DNA from: Carcharhinus longimanus
Taxonomy: Eukaryota
Length of the DNA stretch: 64,000 nucleotides
Reading direction: 5' to 3'
NCBI GenBank assembly: GCA_030264375.1
Contig: JASCQW010000162.1
Location: 96,169,805-96,233,804, forward strand
The translations under genes were made by a program, and so were the position numbers. The stretch's first letter is position 1, and each line of letters begins with the position of its first letter. This document shows, piece by piece, positions 25,667 through 37,574 of the stretch. The notes beneath the pieces are model-generated. The model saw nothing but the letters and a program-made list of their open reading frames with translations, did not search any database and had not been told where the DNA came from.

Positions 25667-26058
25667 CTGGGGGGGGGGTGGTGGGGACAACAAAAAGAAG
25701 AAAGGCAGCTTGAGAATGGCCAGCTCCCACTCGCCAAGGAATAAATGCCAACTCTGGAGGATGCCAGCCTGAGGTGGACCACCTCACAAAACCTGCTCCC
25801 GGGCAAACTTGCCAACAGATCCAGACAGAGGGTGACCGAGGGGGGGTCATCCTACTGGCAGATAGTAGCAGCCCTGGTACAAGAGCATGTCCACCAATGC
25901 TGCCAAGACCTGTGGGCACCGTGGGGGTTGGGGATGATGTACGTAGCAGTGAACAGCATGGACCATTCTGGCAGCAAACAGCAATCATGTAAAACTGAAG
26001 ACAGCTTGAATGAAATATGCTGCCTACAAAGCAATGACCAGGTCGATCCCATGCCACT

Positions 26059-26383
26059 GGGCGGCACGGTGGCATAATGGTTAGCACTGCAGCCTCACAG
26101 GGCCAGGAACTCGGATTCAATTCCGGCCTCGGGGACTGTCTGTGTGGAATTTGCACATCCTCCTCATGTCTGCATGGGTTTCCTCCAGGTGCTCTGGTTT
26201 CCTCCCACAATCCAAAGATGTGTGGATAAGATTAGGCTATGCTAAATTGCCCCTTAGTGTCATGGGGATTAGCAGGGTAAATACCTGGGTTTACAGGGAT
26301 AGGGCCTGGGGGGGACTGTTGTTGGTGCAGGCTCGATGGGCCAAATGGCTTTCTTCTGCACTGCAAGGGTTCTATGATTCTAT
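26059..26383 (+). mobile_element. HE1/V-SINE
   Basis: Full copy with (ttctatga) tail. Confidence 0.9.
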
Positions 26384-26429
26384 GCAAACATAACGCATTG
26401 CGCTCTGCCATTACAGCACTTGCTGCAAA

Positions 26430-26705
26430 GTTTATTTATTAGTCACAAGTAAGGTTTACATTAACACTGCAATGAAGTTTCTATGAAATTCCCTAATTGT
26501 CACAGTCCAGCACTTGTTTGAGCCAATGCACCTAACCAGTACATTCCTCAGAATGTGGGAGGAAACCGGAGCACCTGGAGGAAACCCACACAGACATGGG
26601 GAAAAAGTGCAAACTCCACACAGACAGTGACCCAAGCCTGGAATTGAACCCAGGTCCCTTGTGCTGTGAAGCAGCAGCGCTAACCATTGTGCTACCATGC
26701 AGCCC
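26430..26705 (-). mobile_element. HE1/V-SINE, variant-tail subfamily
   Basis: Reverse-complement head and V-domain; tail ...cttacttgtgactaataaataaac. Confidence 0.9.
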
Positions 26706-27534
26706 CAGTTGTGGAAAGGAAATAAATGAAAACAATAGGCTTAGAGCAAGGTTGATGTTGTGTTAAAGTATGTGCATACTGTGCAGGTGTTGGTCAGCTG
26801 TAGATGGAGAAAACAAATTGAATAAAATTAAAGGTTATAGGATGAACTTTGTGTTACATAGTTGATTAAGATACCCAAATTGACAAACCAGAAAGGAGAA
26901 AATCATGGTGACTCAATCATTATGGAAGAAAACTGACATGCGCACTAAAATAATCACAATACAATTTTATAGAAGAACTCTTACTGTAAGAGACAGACAC
27001 AGGAAATTCTATGGTAAGATATATATTTTAAGCTGCATTGAATATCCAGCATTCAAAGGCAGGTTGTCATTATGGAGAAGGAGGGATCAAAATTAAAACA
27101 GCCTTGATCTCTTATGCTGTTACCTTGGCAACAATGCTCTGACTGTAAATAATGCAAAGTTGCACAGCAGAGGGCAGCCAAAGCCATTATTCCAAAGGCC
27201 CAACAGAAAGCAGGATTTCCTGCAGTCAATCGTTTTGTCTGCAACAGACAGGTTGCTTTCTCTGGTCAGTTTGACAAAGTTATTTTAAGCATTCAGTGCA
27301 GCTTTCAAAACTTAAAACCAAACATGCAACCCAATCCATACTAGAAAACATTGATATGAGCAGATTCCTTATATACATATACATAAAACTTTTTCTCTGG
27401 TGCCTCTTGCCTCTCACACAGTAAAACAGTCAGATCTATTCCATTCAAATCAGTTTTAATTGTTTATACCATGACTGTGGTCTCTGGAGGAAAATGGTGC
27501 CATCAGTTGACGTAGTCTTTCCTTTCACACTTAC

Positions 27535-27610
27535 GCCTCATGCTAGTCACACTGCTCCATGGAGAGCTTCAATTTCCCCCAGAATGTCAAGTATGAACAG
27601 AAACACTGTA
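27535..27610 (-). other. Candidate 76-bp spliced exon (5'UTR plus ATG AGG C) of an unidentified host transcript
   Basis: Acceptor cctatttccttttgcAG, donor GC|GTAAGT. All three frames contain stops, but the exon ends agcATGAGGC (A at -3). Not TE-like. Confidence 0.4.
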
Positions 27611-27720
27611 CTGCAAAAGGAAATAGGTAACAAAATAGTGCATTTGAAGTCAATTTCCCCTTTGCACTTCCCCCTGTCTACACTGCTATAATTCACCATT
27701 TCCCCAGCACATCCCCACTA

Positions 27721-27800
27721 CAGGTCAAATATTCTTTATCCAAAACCCTTAGGGTTGATTGCGTTTTGGAGTTCAGATATTTTCAGTTTTCTGATATGAT
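27721..27800 (+). mobile_element. Tigger/MER46-like DNA transposon end
   Basis: TA|caggtcaaatattctttatccaaaacccttaggg...gttttggagttcagat resembles the Tigger4 terminus. Confidence 0.45.
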
Positions 27801-27896
27801 AAAGTATTGCTGGCCTGGGCTTAATTACAACACATTATTAAGCCTAGGCTAGCTATAGCCTATAAATGATGTCGTTTCTTCATTTACTAAATCAAA

Positions 27897-27922
27897 CACA
27901 CACACACACACACACACACACA
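27897..27922. repeat. (CA)n microsatellite
   Basis: Directly visible. Confidence 0.9.
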
Positions 27923-28299
27923 AATACCTTACTTCTTACCTGTTAATATCATATTGCTTTATTGACATAAAATTGACTGCAAAGTTGTGGGAAGTAACTC
28001 ACTCCATGGACCACTTGCTGATGTAAATGAACACTTCTTGGGAAACCAATCAGCATACCACAAAAATCAAATAGCCAGCCAGATAAATATGGGATGCTGC
28101 TGTAGGTTTTGTGGTGATGAAAATGATGAATTACACACTTGTGCATTATGCACAGTTTATATTGTGCACATTTCACACAAATACAAGTAAATAAGATGGC
28201 TGGTAAAGCAAGATGTATCACTGAGTATTAAATAATGATCCATAACTTCATGAGCTCCTCAATATCAGATTTGGGGGTGGGGGTTACTCCAAAGATGCA

Positions 28300-29360
28300 C
28301 AGAGAAATTCCTCTGGGAAGTTCCCATGTAAGGGTTTACACGGCAATTGTCCAGAAGCACTAACTTCTCCTGGACAATTGCGCTGAGCCAGCAATCATCT
28401 GACAGTGATTTAAATCACTAACCGTGGATGGCTCTCCAGTGTTACATGTAACTGAAGGTTAGAAGGAAAATGAACACTATCAATTTCGAAGCAACTATCT
28501 TAAACACCCTGACCAAGCCCTATATGGTACAACCCCCGATTCCTCCAAGGGACTCCTCACACACACCCCAACCAAGCACCCCAGCTCCCGTGGTATCCAG
28601 CAGCCCCTGGAATTGTATTTCTCAGGCCAATTTGAATTTTGCACCAAGTTCATGGAGTGTAAGAGCCCTAGGAAATGTATCAAGGTGGCAATAGGTGGCT
28701 GCTAAGGGCACTCTTACATTCAGCAACCATGCTACCAGGCAGCATGCCTTTATAGGAAGGCTGGAGTAGTGCAGCCAGAGCAACTTGCTTCAAGAAGGAG
28801 ATTTCAGGTGTCAGGATTTGGTGTTGACCTTCCATAATGTTATCTGACTAGTGGCATGTGGGTGCACTGAGAGAGTTCTGACAGCGGGTAGGCTGGGGTG
28901 TGCGGAGGAAACAGCTGGCTGAGTACCCCTTCAGACTGACAGTTTCCACCTTCCGTGAGCATCCTCCATTCAGGAAGCAGTTCCTCCAGTGACAAGGAGA
29001 ACATGAGAAAAGAAAGTGTAGCCACAGGGATCCAGGCAGTAGCAACCTCATGGCCTTATGGGAAACCTTGGTATGAGGAAGCAGTAGATGTCTGCAGAGG
29101 GGACCATGAAAAGGTGTCTGTACGGAGAAGGTAGCCTGTAACAAGGGAGTATAAACTAGATGAACAGTGTCCAGATATCAAAGCAGCAGTGTCAATGAAG
29201 ATTGAGCCTATCCATAGAGTCTCTGCCAAAATGGAGGAAAATTGAGGCCCATTGGCATTGGTGGTCACACTTTACCAGGTTACTACGGTCCATAATTTCT
29301 ATGCTACTGGTCACACTCCTTCCTCCTTTGCATGGAATGCTGGTACCTCCTGCTGCTGAC
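28300..29360 (+). mobile_element. Degenerate Harbinger-like element (possible Myb/SANT ORF relic)
   Basis: 12-bp inverted repeat gcaattgtccag/ctggacaattgc (28343-28381) near the left end and a GC-richer degenerate coding-like interior; family call tentative. Confidence 0.35.
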
Positions 29361-29362
29361 CT

Positions 29363-29446
29363 GACTCAACTGATGAAGGAATAGCACTCTGAAAGCTCAT
29401 GATACCAAATAAACCTGTTGGACTTTAACCTGTGAGACTTCTTACT
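29363..29446 (+). ncRNA. Penelope-type minimal hammerhead ribozyme remnant
   Basis: CTGATGA (29370-29376), stem II aggaatagcactct, GAAA (29391-29394), GCTC; core intact but stems degenerate; followed by a PLE tail. Confidence 0.6.
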
Positions 29447-30063
29447 GTGTTGACCTGAGGACGAAGAAGAGCTGGGGGACATCTGCTTAACCTCCCACCT
29501 TGACACTACATAAAAGAGCTGATAAATGAAGAAATGGTTTGCAGGTCTGTGCATCTCTGGCATCCGCTAAATGATCTGCTGGGTCTGGGTCACCAGAACA
29601 ATCACCAATCTTTCAGGAGAGGAAGCCATGGCTACTGATCACAGCACTCATAGCAAGGTGCATAAACTGGACACGCTTCCAGATTTCCTTACATCTCAAA
29701 ATGAAAGAGTTAAATGAAGGAAATAAGAAAATGGGAAAATAAAGAAAACAAAAAAAAATTACAAATGCTGGAAATCAGCTCAAGAAAGAGGCAAAAAATG
29801 ATTAACGTGCTGTGTTTTGACAGTCTCCACTTCGGATGTCAAATTGCCTTTCTTTCTCCTTTCATACCGATGCTTTAGGTATTGATTTTACCTCAAAACA
29901 CAATCTGTCCCCAGGGTATTGGGTTATTTTTATTTCCTTCCGGGTGCTGACTGACTTACCATCTATTTCCTATATTTATCTATTGTTTTCAGGCTCTGAG
30001 TATTTGTATTTGAGGTTATATTCCATGGGTAATCATATAAATGAATATAAATGAATATGGTAT

Positions 30064-30428
30064 GGGAAGGCAATGGCTTAGTGGTATAATTGCTTGACTA
30101 TTAATCTAGAAACTCAGCAAATGTTCTGGGGACCTGGATTCGAATCCCACCACAGCAGATTGTGGAACTTGAATTGAATAAAAAATATCTGGAATTGAAA
30201 ATCTATAGATGACCATAAAACCATTGTCAGTTGTCAGAAAAACCCATCTGATTCATTAATGTCCTTTAGGGAAAGAAATCTGCCATCCTTACCTGGTCTG
30301 GCCTACATGTGACTCCAGAGCCATGTCAATGTGATTGACTCTCAACTGCCCTCAGACAACTATGGATGGGCAATAAATACTGGCCGGCCAGTCAGCAACG
30401 CCAATATCCCACAAATGAATAAAGAAAA
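30064..30428 (+). mobile_element. tRNA-derived shark SINE (second family)
   Basis: A box tggcttagtgg, B box ggattcgaatccc, tail aaatgaataaag. Confidence 0.85.
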
Positions 30429-30579
30429 GATGAATGTTTCCATTGTGAGAAATTTATTTCTATTTATCATTTCACATGTCTTTATGTGATGATTAGTAAC
30501 TTGCATGTCTACATGTCAGGACCTGACCTGAGTGTGTCCACATTTCAGGTTTTTTTTTGAAATGAGAGTGGGAAGTTTA

Positions 30580-30790
30580 AAGCCAATTCCTAGTGCACAT
30601 TGACTCACAGTGCAAAACTGGCACTAATTTACATTAGCCTGGCAAACTGAATCAGAGAGCCCACAGAAAGACTGATGGGGGCAATATTAGCTTTTCACTA
30701 CTGTAATATGTGCTGTTGAGAGGTCAAGGTTAAGGTATAAATAGGAAGAGTCTTAGTTTACTTCAAAAATGAGTATATCTGACCTAGTAC
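30580..30790 (+). mobile_element. LF-SINE-like relic
   Basis: ccaattcctagtgcaca..aactggcactaatt..tcagagag..ggtcaaggttaaggtata is collinear with recalled LF-SINE consensus blocks. Confidence 0.55.
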
Positions 30791-31827
30791 ATGATACATA
30801 GTATCCATAATGAAGAATATTCAAACTATCATTTTAATAAACACAATATTCAGGAGCAAAGAGTTATAATACTTGGGTAATGTACATCCTTAATGTTTCA
30901 AACTTTCTTGCATATATGCCATATTAAAAAAAACTTATTAACGTTAGAGTAGATACACAAGTTCTTTCATAAAAATCTCTCATTTGACAAATCTCAGTTG
31001 TGATGGTTTTATTAGGCAAAACTTAATGAAGGAACTTTAAAACATGCAGGACATCTCAGATTCTATGTCAGATAGATACATTCTGAGTTTCAGCAACAGC
31101 CTTTGTTAGATATAGCCTAAAGCTGTAATTTCCAATTTATGTATTTGATCACTGCCATTTTGTTCTGCTGGTCGACACTTGTTTTGACCTACTTCTTACT
31201 GCTGGATATGTACAGCACATTCAGACAGCCTGTCAATAGACTGAGGAGGAAGAAAGAGTAAGCCTGCTCTGTAATCATTTTTTAAGGTTGTTGGACACAA
31301 TCACTTTTGACATGATTGTCACTAAACAAACAAAAAATTGGACTTTATTTTCCTGAAAGTATTCAATGAAACGTACAACCTAAGGCTATATGTGTGAGGA
31401 GTTTGCAGAATTCTACATGGTTATTCGCTTTATTGAAAGATTTTTAAAATACGGACTGTTCAAAACACATTTAAACTTATTCAAAATTATCTGCCTGGCA
31501 GCGCTTATGACTCGGGGTTCCCAACTCAAGCAATTGAAAGCCACTCAGATCATGTGGTAACTTGTCCCAATTTTTCATCAAGCCACTAAATGGTGCATTC
31601 TGCAGAGATGCAGAACTTATCTGCACAGGAAGAAATACTAGCTGATTCTTCAATGCGGCTTAAAGTGTTCTCTCTACCGATCACAGAATGTCTTCATAGC
31701 ATTACCAGATGTGACTCAGTATTCTGCCTTCCCAAATAAATTTGAAATTGAAGTCTGCGGAGTGGGTAGGGGGGATAACAGTGAAGAAAACTTAAAAAAT
31801 ACAAGTAAGCGTACCTCCAGTATTATT

Positions 31828-32143
31828 CATAGACTCTCTGGAGTGCTGAAGGAGGCTATTCGGCTCATCAAGCCTGCACTGACAACAATCTCACCCAGGC
31901 TCTATTCCCATAATCACATTCACTCTGTTACTCTCCCTGGCACTAACAGACTATTTAACATGGCCAATCAACCTAATCTGCACATCTTTGGACTGTGGGA
32001 GGAAACCAGAGCACCTGGATGAAACCCACACAGACACATGGAACATGTACAAACTCCACACAGACAGTCACCTGAGGTCAGGATTCAACCCTGGTCCCTG
32101 GTGGTGTGAGGCAACAGTACTAACCACTATGCTACTGTGCCAC
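31828..32143 (-). mobile_element. HE1/V-SINE
   Basis: Reverse-complement copy. Confidence 0.85.
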
Positions 32144-32934
32144 CTGAGTAAGAGCTAGCGTAAAGAAATATATTGTTCATAATAGTGCTCACAGTGAAAT
32201 GCTGCTTGCAAACTTGTTCTTTTTTTCATTCCCAAGCTTTCAATTGCTTCCCTCAAAGTTCAAATAATAGGTACAGTTGAATAGAGGTTTCACTCCGGGG
32301 GTGGGGGGAGAGNNNNNNNNNNNNNNNNNNNNNNNNNNNNNNNNNNNNNNNNNNNNNNNNNNNNNNNNNNNNNNNNNNNNNNNNNNNNNNNNNNNNNNNN
32401 NNNNNNNNNNNNAGAGCCGGCAGGGTGGCGGGGGTGGGGTGGGGGGGGTGGTGCCTGGGTCCTAATGCTTGTTTTGTTTCCAGACCCATATAATGTAACA
32501 ATTTTAAATGATTGAATTTTAATGAGTTTGACAGTTCTGTTTGTTCTGGGATTTCAATTTCTTTGTGCACAATGCCAATTTTAATACAATTGAATAATCC
32601 ATGTTAAACTATACAGAGATATATTAAATGGCAACAATTGAACAATTAGCTTATCAAAACACACTGCACCTATTATTTTTCATGCTCTATTTAAGTCTTT
32701 TTGGAAATCATTTCAACAATGAAATTTTTCATTTCATATCCTCTGACTCAGAGGATGGCAGCCCGTCTGTCATTTGTAAGACTTAACCTTTGTAATTTGG
32801 AGTCAAGAATCATTCTTCCACACAGAGAACCACACACTATGGAATCTAAAATGTGAACAGAATAGTAGAGAACAGAAGGAAGACATTTGACTGCTAAGTC
32901 TGGGCAGGCTCTTTCAAATGACAAAATCTTACCA

Positions 32935-34100
32935 AAAAATGGCAGTCGGTTCAGGTACGGAAAACAAAGTGATTCCTGCCGACAGTGGCGGCATGTTTTT
33001 GGGCCAAATCTTATGCCTCATCAGCGATAATTTTTACGTCCATGTGTTTCAGCGCCAGAGGATGGTGGTGTTTCTGGATCTCACTGCAGCTGCCCTTCCA
33101 TCCCATGGAGGAGCACAGGGTCCCTAGGAATCTGAAGGGAAGAGGATTAATAGGCATACAGCTTTGGGCCCTCCAGCCAGGGGGCACTGGGTGCCTCCAG
33201 CCCATATGACAGCCCCTCTCTGTGAGCGACACAGCTCCACACACTGAGGAGGGAAGCAGCCAAACACTCATGCTGCCTGAAAGTAAGCCTGGATCCTGAA
33301 GTTCCCGGCCCCACCAGGGGAAGACTGCCAAGGTTATCTCAGGCAAAAGGGTATGTTAATGGCTATCTCAATCTCAGTCCTGAATCTGGGCATACACATA
33401 GGCGTAGTTGGAGGGTCAGGAAGATTAAGAGACCATAGGCACATAGTGGGTGCAGTTGAACATTGTCATTACTGTAGATCGATCACCATTTTGTTTTGAA
33501 TGTTTGAAGAGATTTTACTTTGTTCACCTGCAGAAGTCCAGGAAGGAGAACCTGGGAGCAGTGCCTGCATACCAGCCTGCACAACTCCTTTAAAGCAAGG
33601 GGTGCTCTGACATGAAGGGAAGGTAAGGCCTGCAAATGACCCCTCACAACCCCTCTCCCCCAGTACGGCAATTCTAGGACCCCTAGCCCTGGTCCCAACT
33701 TGAACTTATCTGTTTCCTCCACGTCCTCTCCGGTGACCCTGAGCAGTGCACACCATGGTGGGTGCTGGCTGCCTGAACACACTTCTGAAATCCCCCTCAG
33801 AGGTGAAGGCACCAAGTTCACGCTAATGTAGACCTGTTGTAAATGGTGTCGGCATGACAGGAGGCCAGCATGACTTTGAATATCTGGTCAGGAGGGAAGT
33901 CCCCAAGAGTCTGCTAGCTAATGATATTCTAATGTATTAAAATGAGCTTTATTTGATTACACAGTATGTTTCAAACCACTCCTCCTGCCAGGTGCTGGTA
34001 AGACCTGACCTCAGAAACTCAGAGACGCAAATTGCACACTCCAGATTTTCAGCATGCATTGCCAATCTTGCAGACGGAGACTGCAGACTGAAAATCTCCC
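32935..34100. mobile_element. Degenerate Harbinger-like element
   Basis: GC-rich block ending gaaaatctcccc (family TIR); possible Myb/SANT relic on the minus strand. Confidence 0.35.
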
Positions 34101-34296
34101 CCAGAGAGCAATTCAGTTAGTCTCACTCTTTCCCTGTGTCTCTGTCAAGTTTATCTCCTGCCAATTATTTATCAAATTCCCTTTTGAAAAATTCTACTGA
34201 ACTGGTTTCCACCACTTTGTCAGGCAGATAATTCCAACCATTCATTGCAGCAAAAAGTTTTTCCTCATGTCACCTCCATTATTATTAAGTCACTTT

Positions 34297-34590
34297 GGGC
34301 AGCATGGTGGCACAGTGGTTAGCAATGCTGCCTCACAGCACCAGGGACCCAGGTTCAATTCCAGACTCAGGTCACTGTCCATTTGGAGTTTGTACTTTCA
34401 CCTCATGTGGGTTTCCTCATGGCACTCTGGTTTCCTCCCACTGTCCAAGGGTTGATTGGCCATGATAAATTGACCCTAGTGTCAGAGGGAGTGGCGGGGT
34501 TAATAGGAATAGGACCTGGTTGGGATTGTTGTCGGTACAGACTCAATGAGCTGAATGGCCCCCTTCTGTACTATAGGTTCTATGATTCTT
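34297..34590 (+). mobile_element. HE1/V-SINE
   Basis: Head, V-domain and tail. Confidence 0.85.
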
Positions 34591-34671
34591 AAATTTGTTT
34601 CTGCTATTTCTTGACCTTTCAGTCACTGGAAACAGCTTCTCTTTTCTTTTCTGTCTAAATTTCAAATAAAA

Positions 34672-34960
34672 TCATAGAACCCTACAGTGCAGAAAGAGAC
34701 CCTTCGGCCCATCGAGTCTGCACCAAACACAATCCCACCCAAGCCCTACCCCCATATCCCTATATATTATACCCATTAATCCCTCTAACCTACGCATCCC
34801 TAGCCACTAAGGGGCAGTTTCTTAGCATGGCCAATCAACCTAACCTGCACATCTTTGGGCTGTGGGAGGAAACCGGAGTACCAGAGTAAACCCACATGGA
34901 CACGAGGAGAATATGCAAACTCCACACAGACAGTGCCCCGAGCTGGGAATCGAACCCAGG
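34672..34960 (-). mobile_element. HE1/V-SINE (younger subfamily)
   Basis: Tail nearly identical to 37655-37816. Confidence 0.9.
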
Positions 34961-35179
34961 ACGGAATGCCCAGAATGGAATGTAACACTCTACATAGTGT
35001 AAATTGATGCTTTATATAGATTTAGAATAGCGTCCTACCTTTTACAATGAACTGCTGACCACCCAACTTCCTTTCCTGGTCCCCATGCTAGCTGAAGTGG
35101 TTTAAAAAGCTTGTTATCCTCAGGTACTGTTCCTTCCACATTCAAAACTCTCTGCCCAAAGGAAACAATTCTCACTCTC

Positions 35180-35770
35180 ACTGTCCTAGGAAATGAATGC
35201 TCTATTTCCAATGTCCCTTTGCTCTGAACATGTTGTTGCCTTCAGTGCCCATCCTTCCTGCAAGTCTGTTTTTGAATCTCGCAAATCAGGATTCCACTAC
35301 TATCACCACACTGAAACAGCTCCTAACCTAGTCGCAATGGCAATCTCTGTAACTGTGACCAAGGTATATATCTGGACTCGATCTTTCTGTAGCTATTGAT
35401 GTGATCCCACCATGCATCTTTTCTCTCATTTGTTCCCACGCCATCTAGCTCAGTGAGATTCTCCTCACTGGTCCCAGTTTACCTATTTGATCATTGCCAG
35501 AACTTCTCCAATAATGGCTTCCTTTCTTACCCCTGTTTATGCGAGCTTCCACATGTGTGTTGATTTAGCTCACTCAACCCTCCCCTCTATATCAAATCTC
35601 ACTAGCTTCCACTCTCCCTGTGGAACCACCATCCTTGTCTGAGATCCAGTCTGAAACGAACAGTAATGTCATCCAGTTAAAACAGCGCCATTCCATCTCA
35701 GTCCCTATTCACTGTCTCAAACTAAAGCAAATTGCAATTTCAGTATCCTATTCAATTCTGCACTGAGCTT
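35180..35770 (+). mobile_element. L2 LINE RT fragment
   Basis: FESRKSGFHYYHHTETA, a relic of the QSGFR..HSTETAL motif. Confidence 0.6.
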
Positions 35771-36522
35771 TCCACTGCAAACTGCTGAACTGATAAACAT
35801 TGGATAAATTATGCATGTTATGAATTTTCTGACTAACTCTAACACAGTTTCTAAAGGGAATGCAGTGCACTTTTATTCATCAAACAATGGTTTGGGTTCC
35901 ATTGCTTGGCTTCTACAAAAGCTCCCATAGCACAACCACCCATTTGTACCAAAGAGTGGCAATTGCAGTTACTTGCTTCCTTTAAAAAAACAGAGCTGTC
36001 AAATATTCTCCTTTCCTGTGCTGTGTATTCAATGTAGTGAAATCCCATGGTGCTGTTTGTGCTAAATCAGAGAATGCTTTTTTTGTAAGAACAGGAACTT
36101 CAGGCTCACTCTATATCCTGTGCTTCCAATGAGGAGTCACATTGAGAGAACAACAGTCTGGACAATTGACGCGACACTGCTGGAAATATTCAATTTTTCT
36201 AATGTGTTAAACAGACTATGATGGGTCAATCCGCTGAAGCCCTGTGTGGTGTCACCAGGGACTCTGTGATGAAAGAATGGCATTTACCTCTTAACATCCT
36301 CCAGATTTTGGAGAACAGTTTTCCTACCAAAGGTGGCCACAGGAAGTCACATAGTGGACCAATGAGGAATCAATGCTATGAGTATGCTAATGATGGCAGG
36401 ACAGTTGATGTGTTATGATTGGAGAATGTGGGAGCTCCTAGACACCAGTGTGATCCAGGGAAAACATGTCTTTTTTAAGTGACTGTGGCTTGAGGCACTT
36501 TGGTTCAGAGTTATTGATCTGA

Positions 36523-37050
36523 GGGGCAACACACTTAGTGGCCTCACAGCGCCAGGGATGTGGGTTCAATTCCAGCCTTCGGTGACTGTGTGGAGTTTTC
36601 ATGTTCTTCCTGTATCTGTGAGCGTTTCCTCCAGGTGCTCCAGTTTCCAACAAAAATATGCAGGTTATGTGAATTGGCTATGCTACATTGCGCCTTAGCT
36701 GTGGATACTTATCAGACTCAATAAGCAGGGTCCTGACAAGGAAGAAGCCCACTTCATAGAATCCCTACAGTACGAAAAGAGGCCATTCAGCTCATTGAGC
36801 CTGTACCAACCACAATCCTATACAGGCCCTATTCCCACAACCCCACACATTTACCCTGCTAATCCCCCGACATTACGGTCAAATTTGTATGGTCAATCAA
36901 CCTAACCCACACATCTTTGGACTGTGGGATTAAACCAGAGCACCCGGAGTAAACCTGCATAGACACAGGGAGAAAGTGCAAACTCCCAAGGCCAGAATTG
37001 AACCTGGGACCTGGTGCTGTGAGGCAGCAGTGCTAACCACTGAGCCACCA
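36523..37050. mobile_element. Two HE1 SINEs, tail-to-tail (+36523-36700; -36756-37050)
   Basis: V-domains on opposite strands. Confidence 0.8.
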
Positions 37051-37574
37051 ATTTGTGAATAAAAGGAGCCTGCCTTGGAGACGGAAGGATTCACTGTGAG
37101 TGGAAATGCATGTAAAGTACAAACTAGGTATTTATTTCATTTTTTTTTCTCTGTTTTGATAAGGTCTGAACACACTGCAAATAAACATTCACTTTTTATA
37201 TTGTATCTATTGTAATTGCGAATTATTGAACTCAGAGAACCCTACCACGTGCAATCCCCAGCGTGATCACATCATACCTGATAGAAACCACAAATTCTCT
37301 TGAGTAGTTTCAATGGAATAAACTTCCACAGCCTCTAATGATAATATTCTCCAAGGGGTCAGTGATTTGCTCTGCCAACTTACCTCGAACACAGCAAAGT
37401 TGCAAATTATCTACAAATATTCATAGTTAAACCCACTTTAAACCGCTGCACGAATCCTTTTTTTTAAAGAACAGATTAAGATTTTTCAAACGAATGCACT
37501 GAGTGACACAGTGTGAAAATATTGCTTTTTGTGAAAACATACTTTGGAATTGACACATTTGTAAATGCCTGGTT

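Noticed and set aside
25383-26210. 275-aa ORF as a single-exon POU protein
   Set aside because: Only 44 codons are POU-like and they are bounded by splice sites; the rest is antisense SINE and intron read-through.
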